Below are positions 11,959 through 24,054 of a stretch of DNA of 64,000 bases, in pieces. Position 1 is the stretch's first letter; every line of letters begins with the position of its first letter. The notes beneath the pieces were generated by a model, which was not told the DNA's origin, did not search any database, and worked only from the letters and a program-made list of their open reading frames with translations. Origin of the DNA: Guillardia theta CCMP2712. Its lineage: Eukaryota; Protista; Cryptophyta. The stretch spans positions 5,196 to 69,195 of the forward strand of contig NW_005434461.1 of the NCBI RefSeq assembly GCF_000315625.1. The letters are read 5' to 3'. The position numbers were made by a program, and so were the translations under genes.

Positions 11959-14900
11959 AAGGAAGCATTGCTCTCTGCTTGACAAGATTCACACGTCCTC
12001 TTCAGCTTGTAAGCCACCACACGGGTACGCTCTTCCTGCGACGACGACCTCGAGAGAGGTCCTTTTCAGCAGATTCACACTGGAGTAGCGTATCCTGGGC
12101 TATCCAGGAGAAGTCAGCTTCGAACGCGAGTACCAGGTAGAAAACAACTGACCTTTCGTTTCGGTAAACCTCTGTCTGACTCGGGCGCGGATCCTATGAG
12201 CTCTGACACAACGGCAGAGCAGGTTCCGAGCTGTCACTGATGGCTGGCGTCACATCAGTCCCGAGGCTCAAGGTGAGATGGGTGGGCAGCAAAGACCCCG
12301 GGCAAGCTGAGATGGAGACACAACATGGGTATGCAAGCATTGCATTCGTCCTCTTACTCACATCCCGACACACCCTCTCTACCTCGGAGGAGTCGCCCTC
12401 GGCCGCAGCTTGGAGGAAGGTGCGGCCCGGCTGCACTGTACATAAGCGAGCTTCTGGCACTGACAAGAAGCAGGGGCATAGCGGACGAGAGGACGAGAGG
12501 ACGAGAGGACGAGAGGACGGGAGGACGGGAGGACGAGACGACCAGACGACGAGACGACCAGACGACCAGACGACGAGGATCACACGAGGCAAGCGCAGCC
12601 GTTGGCATGCCAAAGGACAGGAGGCGCTCTCTGCGGGGCTAAGGGATGGGCTCAATGCCGTCCACCAACCATGGCGGAAGGGAGCAATTCGGAGAGGTTC
12701 ATGGGGGACAGGGTGTAAGGGGCAAGGAGGGGTGGAATAGAGGTGATGAAACGGGGTGGGGGTATACCGCTATCTCCAATCACGACAGCAGCCGCAACTG
12801 GCAACCGACACTGATATCAAGTACTCTCAGCAGGGTGCGGAGGGGGGTGGGGGAGGGTGGGGAGTTGTCAAGTTTACTGGCACATATGCAAGGCTAGAGA
12901 TAGAGTAGGAGGGAGGCAGTGGTGGTATATCTGCAGTAGCAGGGGAGAGAGCGACAAGGTCGCTTGCAGCAAATCAAACACTCTTGCTGAAAAGAACTTG
13001 TGGCGATCTGCTCTCTCTGTTTTTACCTTGCTTGCCTTTTTGTTGCTGGGGGGGGGGGGGGGATAACCGCCTGAGTTCGAGCCCGGCGGACCCTGCCCGG
13101 CCCTGGTGGTGACCGTGCCACGACGGTGACACCACCCGGTGACCGGACCAGTCACGGCGCCCGCCGCGCCGCCACGCCTGACTCAGTGAGTCTGCGGCTC
13201 GAGTCGGCCCGGCCCGGGTGACGGACAGGGCCGGGCGGCCGCGCCCGGGGCACGCCCCACCCGGCCCAGTCCATCGGCCCAACATACTGGCCTGCGACTG
13301 CCCCGACTCTCCTGATTGGGCCTCGTACTGATCTTTAACTCAACTTTGAGTAAAGACTCTCACGGGCCCCACCAAGGCAGGTCACTGTGACATGATCATC
13401 GCCGTCGGACATGCGATGGATCACAACGGGCCCCCATCACACCCCGAGGCCGCAGTTTGCACGACGCCGCCGAACCTTCAGCGTAGCTCACCGCCGGGCC
13501 GTCAATGCGGCGGCAACAAGAACTTCGAAACTTGCCCTGGACTGTCTCTACTAAGAGGAAAGCAGTGTGACAGGAGGACATCTATCTCTCTTTATTCTTA
13601 CACCGTCACAACAAACAAGACAAGCCGACACACACTGGTGTGGCACTGGGGCAGCAAACAGACGTGGCTCACACACACGAGAGGGGAAGATGACCGCCTG
13701 GCCTTGACGACGATGGTTTCATAGCTTGGAAGAACGAGGTAGGAGTACCGTCTCTGGGCTGAAAGAAGTAGGGGTGTTGTCTCCTTGGAAGCTGACAAGT
13801 GGTCTCTCTCTCTCAGGCAAGAAGAGCCCCGTCCTCGCACGCAAGCAGGCAGCTTCCAACGGGTTGCACTTGACAAGATTCACACGTCCTCTTCAGCTTG
13901 TAAGCCACCACACGGGTACGCTCTTCCTGCGACGACGACCTCGAGAGAGGTCCTTTTCAGCAGATTCACACTGGAGTAGCGTATCCTGGGCTATCCAGGA
14001 GAAGTCAGCTTCGAACGCGAGTACCAGGTAGACAACTGTCCTTTCGTTTCGGTAAACCTCTGTCTGACTCGGGCGCGGATCCTATGAGCTCTGACACAAC
14101 GGCAGAGCAGGTTCCGAGCTGTCACTGATGGCTGGCGTCACATCAGTCCCGAGGCTCAAGGTGAGATGGGTGGGCAGCAAAGACCCCGGGCAAGCTGAGA
14201 TGGAGACACAACATGGGTATGCAAGCATTGCATTCGTCCTCTTACTCACATCCCGACACACCCTCTCTACCTCGGAGGAGTCGCCCTCGGCCGCAGCTTG
14301 GAGGAAGGTGCGGCCCGGCTGCACTGTACATAAGCGAGCTTCTGGCACTGACAAGAAGCAGGGGCATAGCGGACGAGAGGACGAGAGGACGAGAGGACGG
14401 GAGGACCAGACGACCAGACGACGAGACGACCAGACGACCAGACGACGAGGATCACACGAGGCAAGCGCAGCCGTTGGCATGCCAAAGGACAGGAGGCGCT
14501 CTTTGCGGTCAGACGCTAAGGGATGGGCTCAACGCCGTCCACCAACCATGGCGGAAGGGAGAAATTCGGAGAGGTTCATGGGGGACAGGGTGTAAGGGGC
14601 AAGGAGGGGTGGAATAGAGGTGATGAAACGGGGTGGGGGTATACCGCTATCTCCAATCACGACAGCAGCCGCAACTGGCAACCGACACTGATATCAAGTA
14701 CTCTCAGCAGGGTGCGGAGGGGGGTGGGGGAGGGTGGGGAGTTGTCAAGTTTACTGGCACATATGCAAGGCTAGAGATAGAGTAGGAGGGAGGCAGTGGT
14801 GGTATATGTGCAGTAGCAGGGGAGAGAGCGACAAGGTCGCTTGCAGCAAATCAAACACTCTTGCTGAAAAGAACTTGTGGCGATCTGCTCTCTCTGTTTT

Positions 14901-16678
14901 TACCTTGCTTGCCTTTTTGTTGCTGGGGGGGGGGGGGGGATAACCGCCTGAGTTCGAGCCCGGCGGACCCTGCCCGGCCCTGGTGGTGCCACCGTGCCAC
15001 GACGGTGACACCACCCGGTGACCGGACCAGTCACGGCGCCCGCCGCGCCGCCACGCCTGACTCAGTGAGTCTGCGGCTCGAGTCGGCCCGGCCCGGGTGA
15101 CGGACAGGGCCGGGCGGCCGCGCCCGGGGCACGCCCCACCCGGCCCGGCCCAGTCCATCGGCCCAACATACTGGCCTGCGACTGCCCCGACTCTCCTGAT
15201 TGGGCCTCGTACTGATCTTTAACTCAACTTTGAGTAAAGACTCTCACGGGCCCCACCAAGGCAGGTCACATGATCATCGCCGTCGGACATGCGATGGATC
15301 ACAACGCCGTGACGGGCCCCCATCACACCCCGAGGCCGCAGTTTGCACGACGCCGCCGAACCTTCAGCGTAGCTCACCGCCGGGCCGTCAATGCGGCGGC
15401 AACAAGAACTTCGAAACTTGCCCTGGACTGTCTCTACTAAGAGGAAAGCAGTGTGACAGGAGGACATCTATCTCTCTTTATTCTTACACCGTCACAACAA
15501 ACAAGACAAGCCGACACACACTGGTGTGGCACTGGGGCAGCAAACAGACGTGGCTCACACACACGAGAGGGGAAGATGACCGCCTGGCCTTGACGACGAT
15601 GGTTTCATAGCTTGGAAGAAGGAGGTAGGAGTACCGTCTCTGGGCTGAAAGAAGTAGGGGTGTTGTCTCCTTGGAAGCTGACAAGCTTCCCTCTTACTTA
15701 GAAGTTGAACACCCGATGAGAGCTTGGAGAGGAAGCCTTGCTCTCTCTCAGGCAAGAAGAGCCCCGTCCTCGCACGCAAGCAGGCAGCTTCCAACGGGTT
15801 GTGCTTGACAAGATTCACACGTCCTCTTCAGCTTGTAAGCCACCACAGGAGTAGCGTATCCTGGGCTATCCAGGAGAAGTCAGCTTCGAACGCGAGTACC
15901 AGGTAGACAACTGTCCTTTCGTTTCGGTAAACCTCTGTCTGACTCGGGCTCGGATCCTATGAGCTCTGACACAACGGCAGAGCAGGTTCCGAGCTGTCAC
16001 TGATGGCTGGCGTCACATCAGTCCCGAGGCTCAAGGTGAGATGGGTGGGCAGCAAAGACCCCGGGCAAGCTGAGATGGAGACACAACATGGGTATGCGAG
16101 CATTTCATACCCATGTTGTGGAGGAGTCGCCCTCGGCCGCAGCTTGGAAGAAGGTGCGGCCCGGCTGCACTGTACAGAAGCGAGCTGCTGGTACTGACAA
16201 GAAGCAGGGGCATAGCGGACGAGACGACCAGACGACCAGACGACGAGGACTACACGAGGCAAGCGCAGCCGTTGGCATGCCAAAGGACAGGAGGCGCTCT
16301 CTGCGGGGCTAAGGGATGGGCTCAATGCCGTCCACCAACCATGGCGGAAGGGAGCAATTCGGAGAGGTTCATGAGGGACAGGGTGTAAGGGGCAAGGAGG
16401 GGTGGAATAGAGGTGATGAAAGGGGGTGGGGGTATACCGCAATCTCCGATCACACTACTACTGACTACTGACAGCAGGGTGGGGGGCAGGGGGGGAACTC
16501 CGGAGAAGGGTGGCAGGGGTGGCAGTGGTGGTATATATACAGTAGCAGGGGGTAGGTTGACAAGGTCGCTTGCAGCAAACCCAACCTTCTGAGAAGAAAC
16601 CTTGGCGATCTGCTCTCTCTGTTTTTACCTTGCTTGCCTTTTTGTTGCTGGGGGGGATAACCGCCTGAGTTCGAGCCG
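11959..16678. repeat. Head-to-tail tandem array of a ~1.9-kb non-coding unit (~2.5 copies); possible non-autonomous mobile element
   Basis: The anchor CTTGACAAGATTCACACG occurs at 11978, 13869 and 15804 (periods 1891 and 1935). Units contain a variable GACGAGAG/GACCAGAC minisatellite, poly-G and a GC-rich palindromic island. No recognisable transposase or RT. Confidence 0.95.
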
Positions 16679-17543
16679 CACATAAAAATTTTGTTGACCG
16701 GGAAATTGATGATTGCCCGGAAATTGATGATTGCCCATTTCCAGGCTTCAGTCACTGAGCCTGTCGCGGCCCGGGACAGTGACAGTGTCGGAAGGGCCCC
16801 GAACTTGAAGCTATCGAAAAGGCAGAACTCTACGATCTACTCAGGGATTAGTAGATAGAGGAATAAGAGATAAGGGCAGAAATAAGAAAAGATCCGGCTC
16901 ATGGCGGGGGGGGGGGGAGGCCAGAAGCCAGTAAGGCGAAGGAGAATGGGGAGACGAGGCGGGATGATGATGATGATGATGATGATGACAATAGAGATGG
17001 AGGAGGAGTTGGTGGTGATGATTGAGATGATGATTGAGATGATGATGATGATTCAGATTATCATGATGATGCAAATGATGGAGACGATGATGAGACGGAG
17101 ACGGAGAGGCTTGACAGCAACTTGTGATGTACTTGAAGGCATGATTGCGATTCTCTTTGCCCTTTCCAATGATGTCCGGGTCTTTTGAGACCGATGATCT
17201 TGTTCTTGTCTTCATGATGGATCGTGGTTTCGATTACAAACATCAACTGATAGTGCCCAGGCCCGTTTATCTCTGCCGTCAGCTCTAGGTGCGATACTCT
17301 GAGATTGTTCCAGCCTCAAAAGGTGCGTGAATGGAGGAGGAGGTGGTGGTGGTGGAGTGGCGATGTAGATGATTAAGATAATGATGTTCGAGCTAATAAT
17401 GACGACGATGAAGGTAAGGATGAAGGTATGATGGGGATGGGATGGAGATGGAGATGAAAATGTGGAGATTACAAAGGAGATGACGATTCTCCGCAGTTTT
17501 AACCATGGCAAAACAGATCCGATGAAAACAGTTTCTTGACAGC

Positions 17544-19331
17544 ATGGCGATGGGTGTCAAGATATGGATCTGGTGTTTAAAAGCGATGATTGCTTTAGCT
17601 CTCTTTCCCTCGCATGACAACTCAAGAAGTTGCAACGTAGCGGGGAATTCAGAGGCGCCGCAAAGGTCGATTGAGCTAGCTCTTCATGGAGGGACGCGCC
17701 TATGGCTACGAGGCGGAAGACCAAGTCACGATGAGAGTGGCAATTCGGACACAGGGAGGAGATTGAAGAAGACAAGGACGAAGTCGAAGGGAAAGTCTGT
17801 GAAGACCTTGACGAGAGTGAAACACAGTGCCGCTCCGAGCTCCAACACAGAAGAGACTTCCATCTCAAAAACTCAAGAGATGCGCCTGCAGCGATTGCAG
17901 AAGGTTTCGGATCAGGCCGTTCCAAGTAGTATGAGCCCTCTGACTTCAGAGATGCACAGCAAGATCGATGTTCTCCGGTCAGCCATGCTCGCCAAGGACA
18001 AGAAGATTGTATCCAAAATCATGTCAGAGATCGGAGAATTAGCTCGCAAGCACTATGCAAAGAAGATATGGGACGTAAAACAGCTTACGACTGATGGGTT
18101 TGCGATAGGGGACAGCAGGAAGTTGAGGAAACTGCAGCATTCACTGACGGCTGTGAGCAAGAACACGATTCATTACAATGGGACGGGGTCAGTCATCAGG
18201 CAGATACGAGAGCAGGCGGAGGTAACAAGCGCCACTCCTCGATTCTCATGTGCTTGCATGGTATCAATGCGTTTCATGCTTGCAGGCTCTTTGCCTCCCG
18301 AATCCTACTGACCAAGTCTTGGGGATTGATGAGGTCGAGCAAGAAAGTGGAACTCTCTGCAAGATGTAAACTTTTCATGCAGTTTACTGAGATCCGATAC
18401 GCGCTGGAGCAAGCCAACGAGACAAGGTGCTGCCTCCCATACCCTTACTCCCTCCTCCAATCGTGAAAAATCAACAGAGAAGCTCCGCTCCATGTGAAGA
18501 CGAACAGAGAACTTGCCAAGTACTGCAAGGCAAGCTGCACACTGCCAACGACGTTCCCCCAGTGACCTCGACTGCAGACGAACATTGGAGATATGTTGGT
18601 CAGCGAAGACGTGGCCGTGAAGTGGTGGCTGGAGAAGAAGAGAGAGAAGAAGATGCAAGAGAAGGCAAAACAGGTCCTGTCACTCGTTCTCTTGTTGAGA
18701 TGTCTCATGGATACCATGGACCTCCAGGCTGCGATCAGGGAAGAGCTCATGACTGAGTATGCTACCGCGTACTACGTCATGTGCAAGCAGCTGGCAGATG
18801 CCAAGGGAAAGCCATTCGACCCGATCAAAGTCAGTCAAAGACTCCCCGACGCTCTGACGAGTTTCTTGACGTGACAGCCGTTGACAGGCTGAGGAGATGG
18901 CGATCACTCATGCCCGGCAAAAGTACGAGATCCAGGTAAAAAGGAGGAAGCTTCGGTTGGGATCTTTTCATCCTGACACTTGAGTTCCAGCCCTTGAAGC
19001 AGAGGAAGAGGGAAATCCACGAGGCAGCAACATCAGTGAGCTGCTTATGAAACTCCTCCCTCTCCCTCTCCCTCTCCCTCTCCCTCTCCCTCTCCCTCTC
19101 CCTCTCCCCTCTCTCCCTCCCTCCCTCCCTCCCTCCTTCATAACTGCTTCTTACCCTCTGCTGCAGAAAATCTGCACTCCCATGCTGGTGAAGCCCAAGG
19201 GCAGGAAGAGAGTGCGATACGCAAAGCGCAGAGGTAGGGAGATAGCGAGAAGGAGGCTGAGGGATGACAATGCGTGTGAAGGGCCAAGGAGAAAGCTGTA
19301 CAAGAAGCCCAAGAAGCGGGTGGTGGGTTGA
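17544..19331 (+). CDS. Hypothetical protein with N-terminal signal peptide, LWLRGG motif and basic C-terminus (multi-exon)
   Basis: 255-aa first exon beginning MAMGVKIWIWCLKAMIALALFPS. Further exons include MLVSEDVAVKWWLEKKREKKMQEKAKQ, AAIREELMTEYATAYYVMCKQL and KPKGRKRVRYAKRR...GPRRKLYKKPKKRVVG*. Confidence 0.6.
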
Positions 19332-19478
19332 CTGCTGCTGTGGTCACTTGCGCTGACTTCTTATGACAGTTGTCACGGCACAAGAAGAAGATCAAGGTTG
19401 CACGTATGTTGATGGAAGAGGAAAGACTGACAGCCCCACTCATAGAAACGGTGAAGATCGAGTCAAAATTAACTTTAA

Positions 19479-20132
19479 TCATGCTTCACTTCCATTCTGG
19501 TTGAACCCCGGAATTCGAGCGGGAGGAGAGGGCTTTCTATCGTGCATCCTCGTCAACGTGTCGCAGCGCCGGATGTTCTCAGCAAACATGATGTCTTCAG
19601 TCGTGTTATGATTGACAGAGTCTGTCTCCAGTCGTAGATGCTTTTCCCTCCTGTCTGTCAGCTGATTCGTTTGCGGTGGGCGGTTGTGCTTGCTGATCTC
19701 TAAGAAAGCGTCGAAAACAAATGCCTCGTCCTCCTTCTCACATCTCTGTATAGCATCCTCCAAGTACTTCTCAAGGCCAGCCTTCCTCTCATCTACCGTC
19801 GCTTCTGACATGCCTGAGAACCATCGTTTCGGAGGGAACTGCAAGTCGGCAAACGACTTCGGATTGATCTGGACGAGGCGGTCCCTGAACTCCCTGAACT
19901 CGTTGTAGCGATGCCAGACCTGCCACTTGAGACTCGGGTGCGACCCGTGGGCGGACAGCGAGCAGATCACCTCGTAGGCTACGAAGTGCTGCATCGCCTT
20001 TGTCCTCATGCAATGTGTCGATCGAGCTTCTGACTTGATGATGGCCACTTGCAGGCGATGGATGGTGTGTGGGTGACAGGTTTCTGTCGAAGAACGACTT
20101 GGAACAGCAGAACCTCCTTCTCTGTTCGGCAT
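19479..20132 (-). CDS. PX (phox homology) domain protein
   Basis: FVAYEVIC...WQVWHRYNEFREFRDRL...LQFPPKRWF...VDERKAGLEKYL...FDAFLEI carries the PX hallmarks (RYxEF, PPK, ERxxxLExYL). Termini may extend through introns. Confidence 0.9.
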   Translation of the reverse strand: MPNREGGSAVPSRSSTETCHPHTIHRLQVAIIKSEARSTHCMRTKAMQHFVAYEVICSLSAHGSHPSLKWQVWHRYNEFREFRDRLVQINPKSFADLQFPPKRWFSGMSEATVDERKAGLEKYLEDAIQRCEKEDEAFVFDAFLEISKHNRPPQTNQLTDRREKHLRLETDSVNHNTTEDIMFAENIRRCDTLTRMHDRKPSPPARIPGFNQNGSEA

Positions 20133-20948
20133 CCTCTACCGGATGTATCAGCAAAGAAAACTGCAAACACACAATGTCAACAAGTTACACCTTCATGACC
20201 ATTCACTGTGTCATCACTTGTCGCATAGAACTCATCGAAACCCACTGGGCAAACTTGAAAGAAGCTTACATGTATCATTCTCATGTCTTCCCTTGCAAGC
20301 TCTGTCGTGCGCTCCATGCCCCTCTCTCCCGCTAGCAAATCGTTTTCTGAGATGCTCCTCCTCCTTCAACCATCTTCAACTGATTACAGCATCGAGCTCC
20401 TCCTGGTACTCGAGATCTTCCTCCTACTTGTCCCTTCCCAAAAACTTCTATCCCTGACGCTAACCGCCTATTTCTTCATTGTCTTCCCCACGTGGTGCTA
20501 TCCTTCCTGTCGCAACCCTCTGCATAGTTGTCCCTTCCCCATCCACTTGAACTTGATCTGCCTCTCCCTCCCTCCCTCCCTCCCTCACCCCTTCGGCCTC
20601 TGGTTCCCTGCGACATTCGCTTCCCTCCCTCTCTCCCTGCCCTCCTGCCCCGCTTCCGATCCCGCTCCTCCTTGTCCCCACTCAATCTCTGCTCCCTCCC
20701 TCCCCCGCAACCGTCAACTCCCCCCCCATTCTATCTCTCTTTCGTCCCCTCTTCCCTTATGCTTCGAGTTCAGCTCCTTCTGAAAACATTCCAAAGGCAT
20801 CAGGGCGATGGAGGTTCTGTAGCTCGTTCGATGCCGCAGCTCGACTCTTGAGAGCAGCATACCTGAACCCTGATACCTTTGCACACGAGTACCTGATACC
20901 TGGTATCATCAACCCTAAGGCTTTGAGCTCCACCTCACCATCATCCCG

Positions 20949-22700
20949 ATGGCTTTCCGGGGAGGATGTATCATCCGCTCTACTCTGCCAACCCCGATAG
21001 ATCCCCCGAGCTTCGTGAGGCAGGAGGGCAGTGACGCGTCCTCGAGGATGAGAGTACACGTTGTCGCTGCTCCTCATGTCGAGGACTCTGCAGAGCAGAC
21101 ACAGGAGGTCATCAAGGGAACTTTCAGTGGCACCATGAAGAAACCCGCGATCCAAAGGGTCTGGCGGCGAAGACAGGAGGCAGTACATGCTAGTCAGGTT
21201 GACAAAGTAGACATCGAGGTTGAGAGCGAAAGCTCCCATGGTGCGAGCTCAACGTCAGCTGCAAAGGGCTATGCCGAGAGAAACAGGAACGTCACCTTGT
21301 GCTTCGAGGGCGGTTCTGACGGCTGCCAGTGTAGATGGGGGAAAGTCGGCGATGCGATCCGGCGAGCAAGAATCAGCGCAAGTACTTGAGGCCCGAGTCT
21401 ACTCCTCCTGCGCTGCCTTCTTCCATCTCCAAGGAGCTCGAAGTCAGTGGACCATCCATCACCTTCCTCCCTTCTCTTCTCTGAATGCTCCCCTAGCTTC
21501 TTCCTCCTCGTTTTGCTCCTCTCCTTTCCTTGGTCCTCCTCCCGTTCTCTGAATGCTAGGAGAGTGACCGTCGCAACAACAGATGCATCATGACGAGCAA
21601 GATGAACTTGCTCATGCGCGGACCACACAGACAGAAGTTTCAACGGTTTGCTTGGAAGATTTTGACTTTGCTACTTGGAGACATAGCCACAAGTCAGACG
21701 ACAGCACCTTGTCGGTTGAAAATCACCCAAGAAGCATGTCAGCCACCTTGAGTTTGGGGTATTGGTCGAAGAAGAAGAAGTCTTTCTACTTTCAACAGCC
21801 TAGATCAAGATCTGCAAACATCGAGAAGCAAACAAGGCAGAGCCTGCCGACAAGAAGAGCATCCATGGATGTAAAACTTGTCTTACAACTTTTAAGAAGC
21901 TGATCCTTGATCTCCAGAAATCGTCGAGCAAAATCTTCGAGGGTGAGCAAGCAAACTGTCATGAAACGATCGTCTCTAAAACTTTTCAGTGTCGGGGACG
22001 GAGTTGCGGATGAGGAACAAGCTCAAACTGGCCTCACGCGGTACTGAAACATCCTCTCTCGTGATTGAGAGAGTGACATGAAAGATTTCACAGTCGAGAC
22101 CGGAGCTGGGGCTGTGCACGAGCAAAAGGATATAAGTGTGAATGTAGAAAACTCAAGCAAGAGCAGGAAACACAGCATCACTTTGGACCTGACGAACAAC
22201 GAGGCGTTTGCATCAACTTCAGAGTTCTTCTTCGACGACGAGGTTCTTGATCTGTTGGGAGGGAATCAGTGGCCTTGTATTCACCCTTGACTTTAGGATG
22301 ATTACATCATCTTGCAACTCGAAGATGAGGTTTCAAGGTGAATCACTTGCCCTGTGCCAGTGAGTCAGAGACTCTGCTCAGGTACGACATGGAATCAGAG
22401 GCGAGGCATGAGGTCGAATCAGTGGACGACTCGGTCATCATGGTTGAAGAGCCGACGGAAGGCTCAAGTGCTCGAGGGTCGACCCTGACAGAAGATGACA
22501 AAGCTGATTGGGCATCGCTGCGCTCGCGAGTGTGTCAGATCGTCGTAGAGACTCTACGGCACCTGAGGAGCAGAAGGGACATGGCGGAATGTGGAGCAGA
22601 GGAGATGTAAGTAACGACAGCTACTTGATCCTTTCAGCCAGTTGAAGCGTGTGTTTGACAGAGACGAGGTAGCATCGAAGAAACAGCAGGAGGGGTGGAA
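20949..22700 (+). CDS. Hypothetical multi-exon protein, acidic/Ser-rich
   Basis: Series of coding-like + strand ORFs (20949, 21583, 22078, 22338) separated by GT-AG-bounded gaps. No domain recognised. Confidence 0.4.
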
Positions 22701-22968
22701 GGTGATCTGTTTTCTGAATTGGCATGGACACTTGGAGGGAAGGTGAGGGAGCTCTGTGGATAGATTCGTCCTGGAAAGACTGACATGTCTTTCTTTCCGC
22801 TCGGATAGTCGGAGACAAAGAGGCTTGACTTCAAGACTTATACTGAACCGATACACACAATCTCAAATGGATCAAAGAAAGACAATTGCTTTGAGAATAG
22901 CATCTCCTACTGTACACAAGTGATATAATACAATAAGGTCAAACTGACAGAGTTTCTCATCCCCAGAT

Positions 22969-24054
22969 CTACACGTTGATCAAGTACCCTGAGAGTGCCT
23001 CTTTCAGTTGTTCGTTGATTTTCTTCTGTTCGTCCAGTTCACTTTTCAACCTTTCCACCTCTTCATCCCTTGACTGCAGCTCAGCCTTACAGGACTCCAG
23101 CTGCTTGAAATATGACAACGTAAGCACCTTCTTGAGAACTGTAGCAGCTTCGGATATCCTGAATCTCAAATCATGCACTTCGGCCTTGAGGTTTGTGTTT
23201 TCCGTTTCCAACTTGGTCCTTTCCTTCTTCTCTACAATCAGCGATTTCTCCATGAGCCAGCGTTCCATCTCGAATTGTTTGCATTTCTGTCTCATGGCTT
23301 CTTGAACGTCATCGCACAGCTCATCGCATTTCGTGACGTCGTTCCATGCATGCCGTGGTGCAGGGCCGACTCAGTCGGAGTTGCGAGGAGCTGTAACGCG
23401 TCATCCCCGAAGAAGAAGACAGGTTGACGTTGGGTTGCATCAGCATCCCCATACCTCCTCGCTCCTTTCGTGTCCCTCACCTCGCTTTTGTCATCAGGTG
23501 AACATGCTGGGCGGACGACTTCCTGTGCTGAGTTGGTCGACCCCTCCTCGGCCTGCCGGCACGTTTCGTTCGGATGTGCGCTGTCGGGCCGATCGCTAAC
23601 CATCATCTCAGATGTTGTCGCGTCACTGAGATACTCGCTGTCATTGCACAGGGTCTCATCGGATGAGACACTCTTCATCGTTCCCTCTGTTGACCCAGAC
23701 GAATAGAGCATGTGAACGGCTCTACCTGAGAACAGAACGTTGGGTGCACAAGAAAGAGAGACAGGAGTGCTGAATTTCCTATGGACACGAAGACCATGGT
23801 GTATCATAAGATGAGGAGGAAGTTTGTCGAGGCCGAACGGAGACTGCAGTGAACACGTGAGCTCGGTGAGTGGTTTCATGGAAGAGGATGGGTCCCCAAG
23901 AGGCGGCGGAAGCGGAGTCATGGACGTAGACGTAGAGAGGCTGTGAGGAAGGGGAGAAGAGAAGGTAAATGCTCGAGATGCATCAGCAAGATGAGGACTC
24001 GTCTCCTCCTCGCTCGCTCGCCATGCGCTCGTTCCTATCGAAGGAGGCGGCATG
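22969..24054 (-). CDS. Hypothetical protein with C-terminal coiled coil
   Basis: Ser/Pro-rich N-terminal ORF followed by heptad-like KKERTKLETENTNLKAEVHDLRFRI...LQSRDEEVERLKSELDEQKKINEQLKEAL. Confidence 0.55.

Noticed and set aside
12194-16442. ORFs inside the 1.9-kb unit (e.g. MAGVTSVPRLKVRW...) as a protein family or transposase
   Set aside because: They are frameshifted differently in each copy by the minisatellite and deletions, with no DDE, RT, tyrosine-recombinase or HUH motifs
11959-16678. Array as a 5S rDNA, snRNA, tRNA or CRISPR locus
   Set aside because: No 5S or U1/U2/U5/U6 signature was seen, GTTCGAGCC lacks a cloverleaf or good A-box, and there is no repeat-spacer structure
17110-17335. 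High-complexity exon-like island between GAT-rich tracts
   Set aside because: All + frames are interrupted and no motif was recognised; possibly UTR or a gene relic, so not callable
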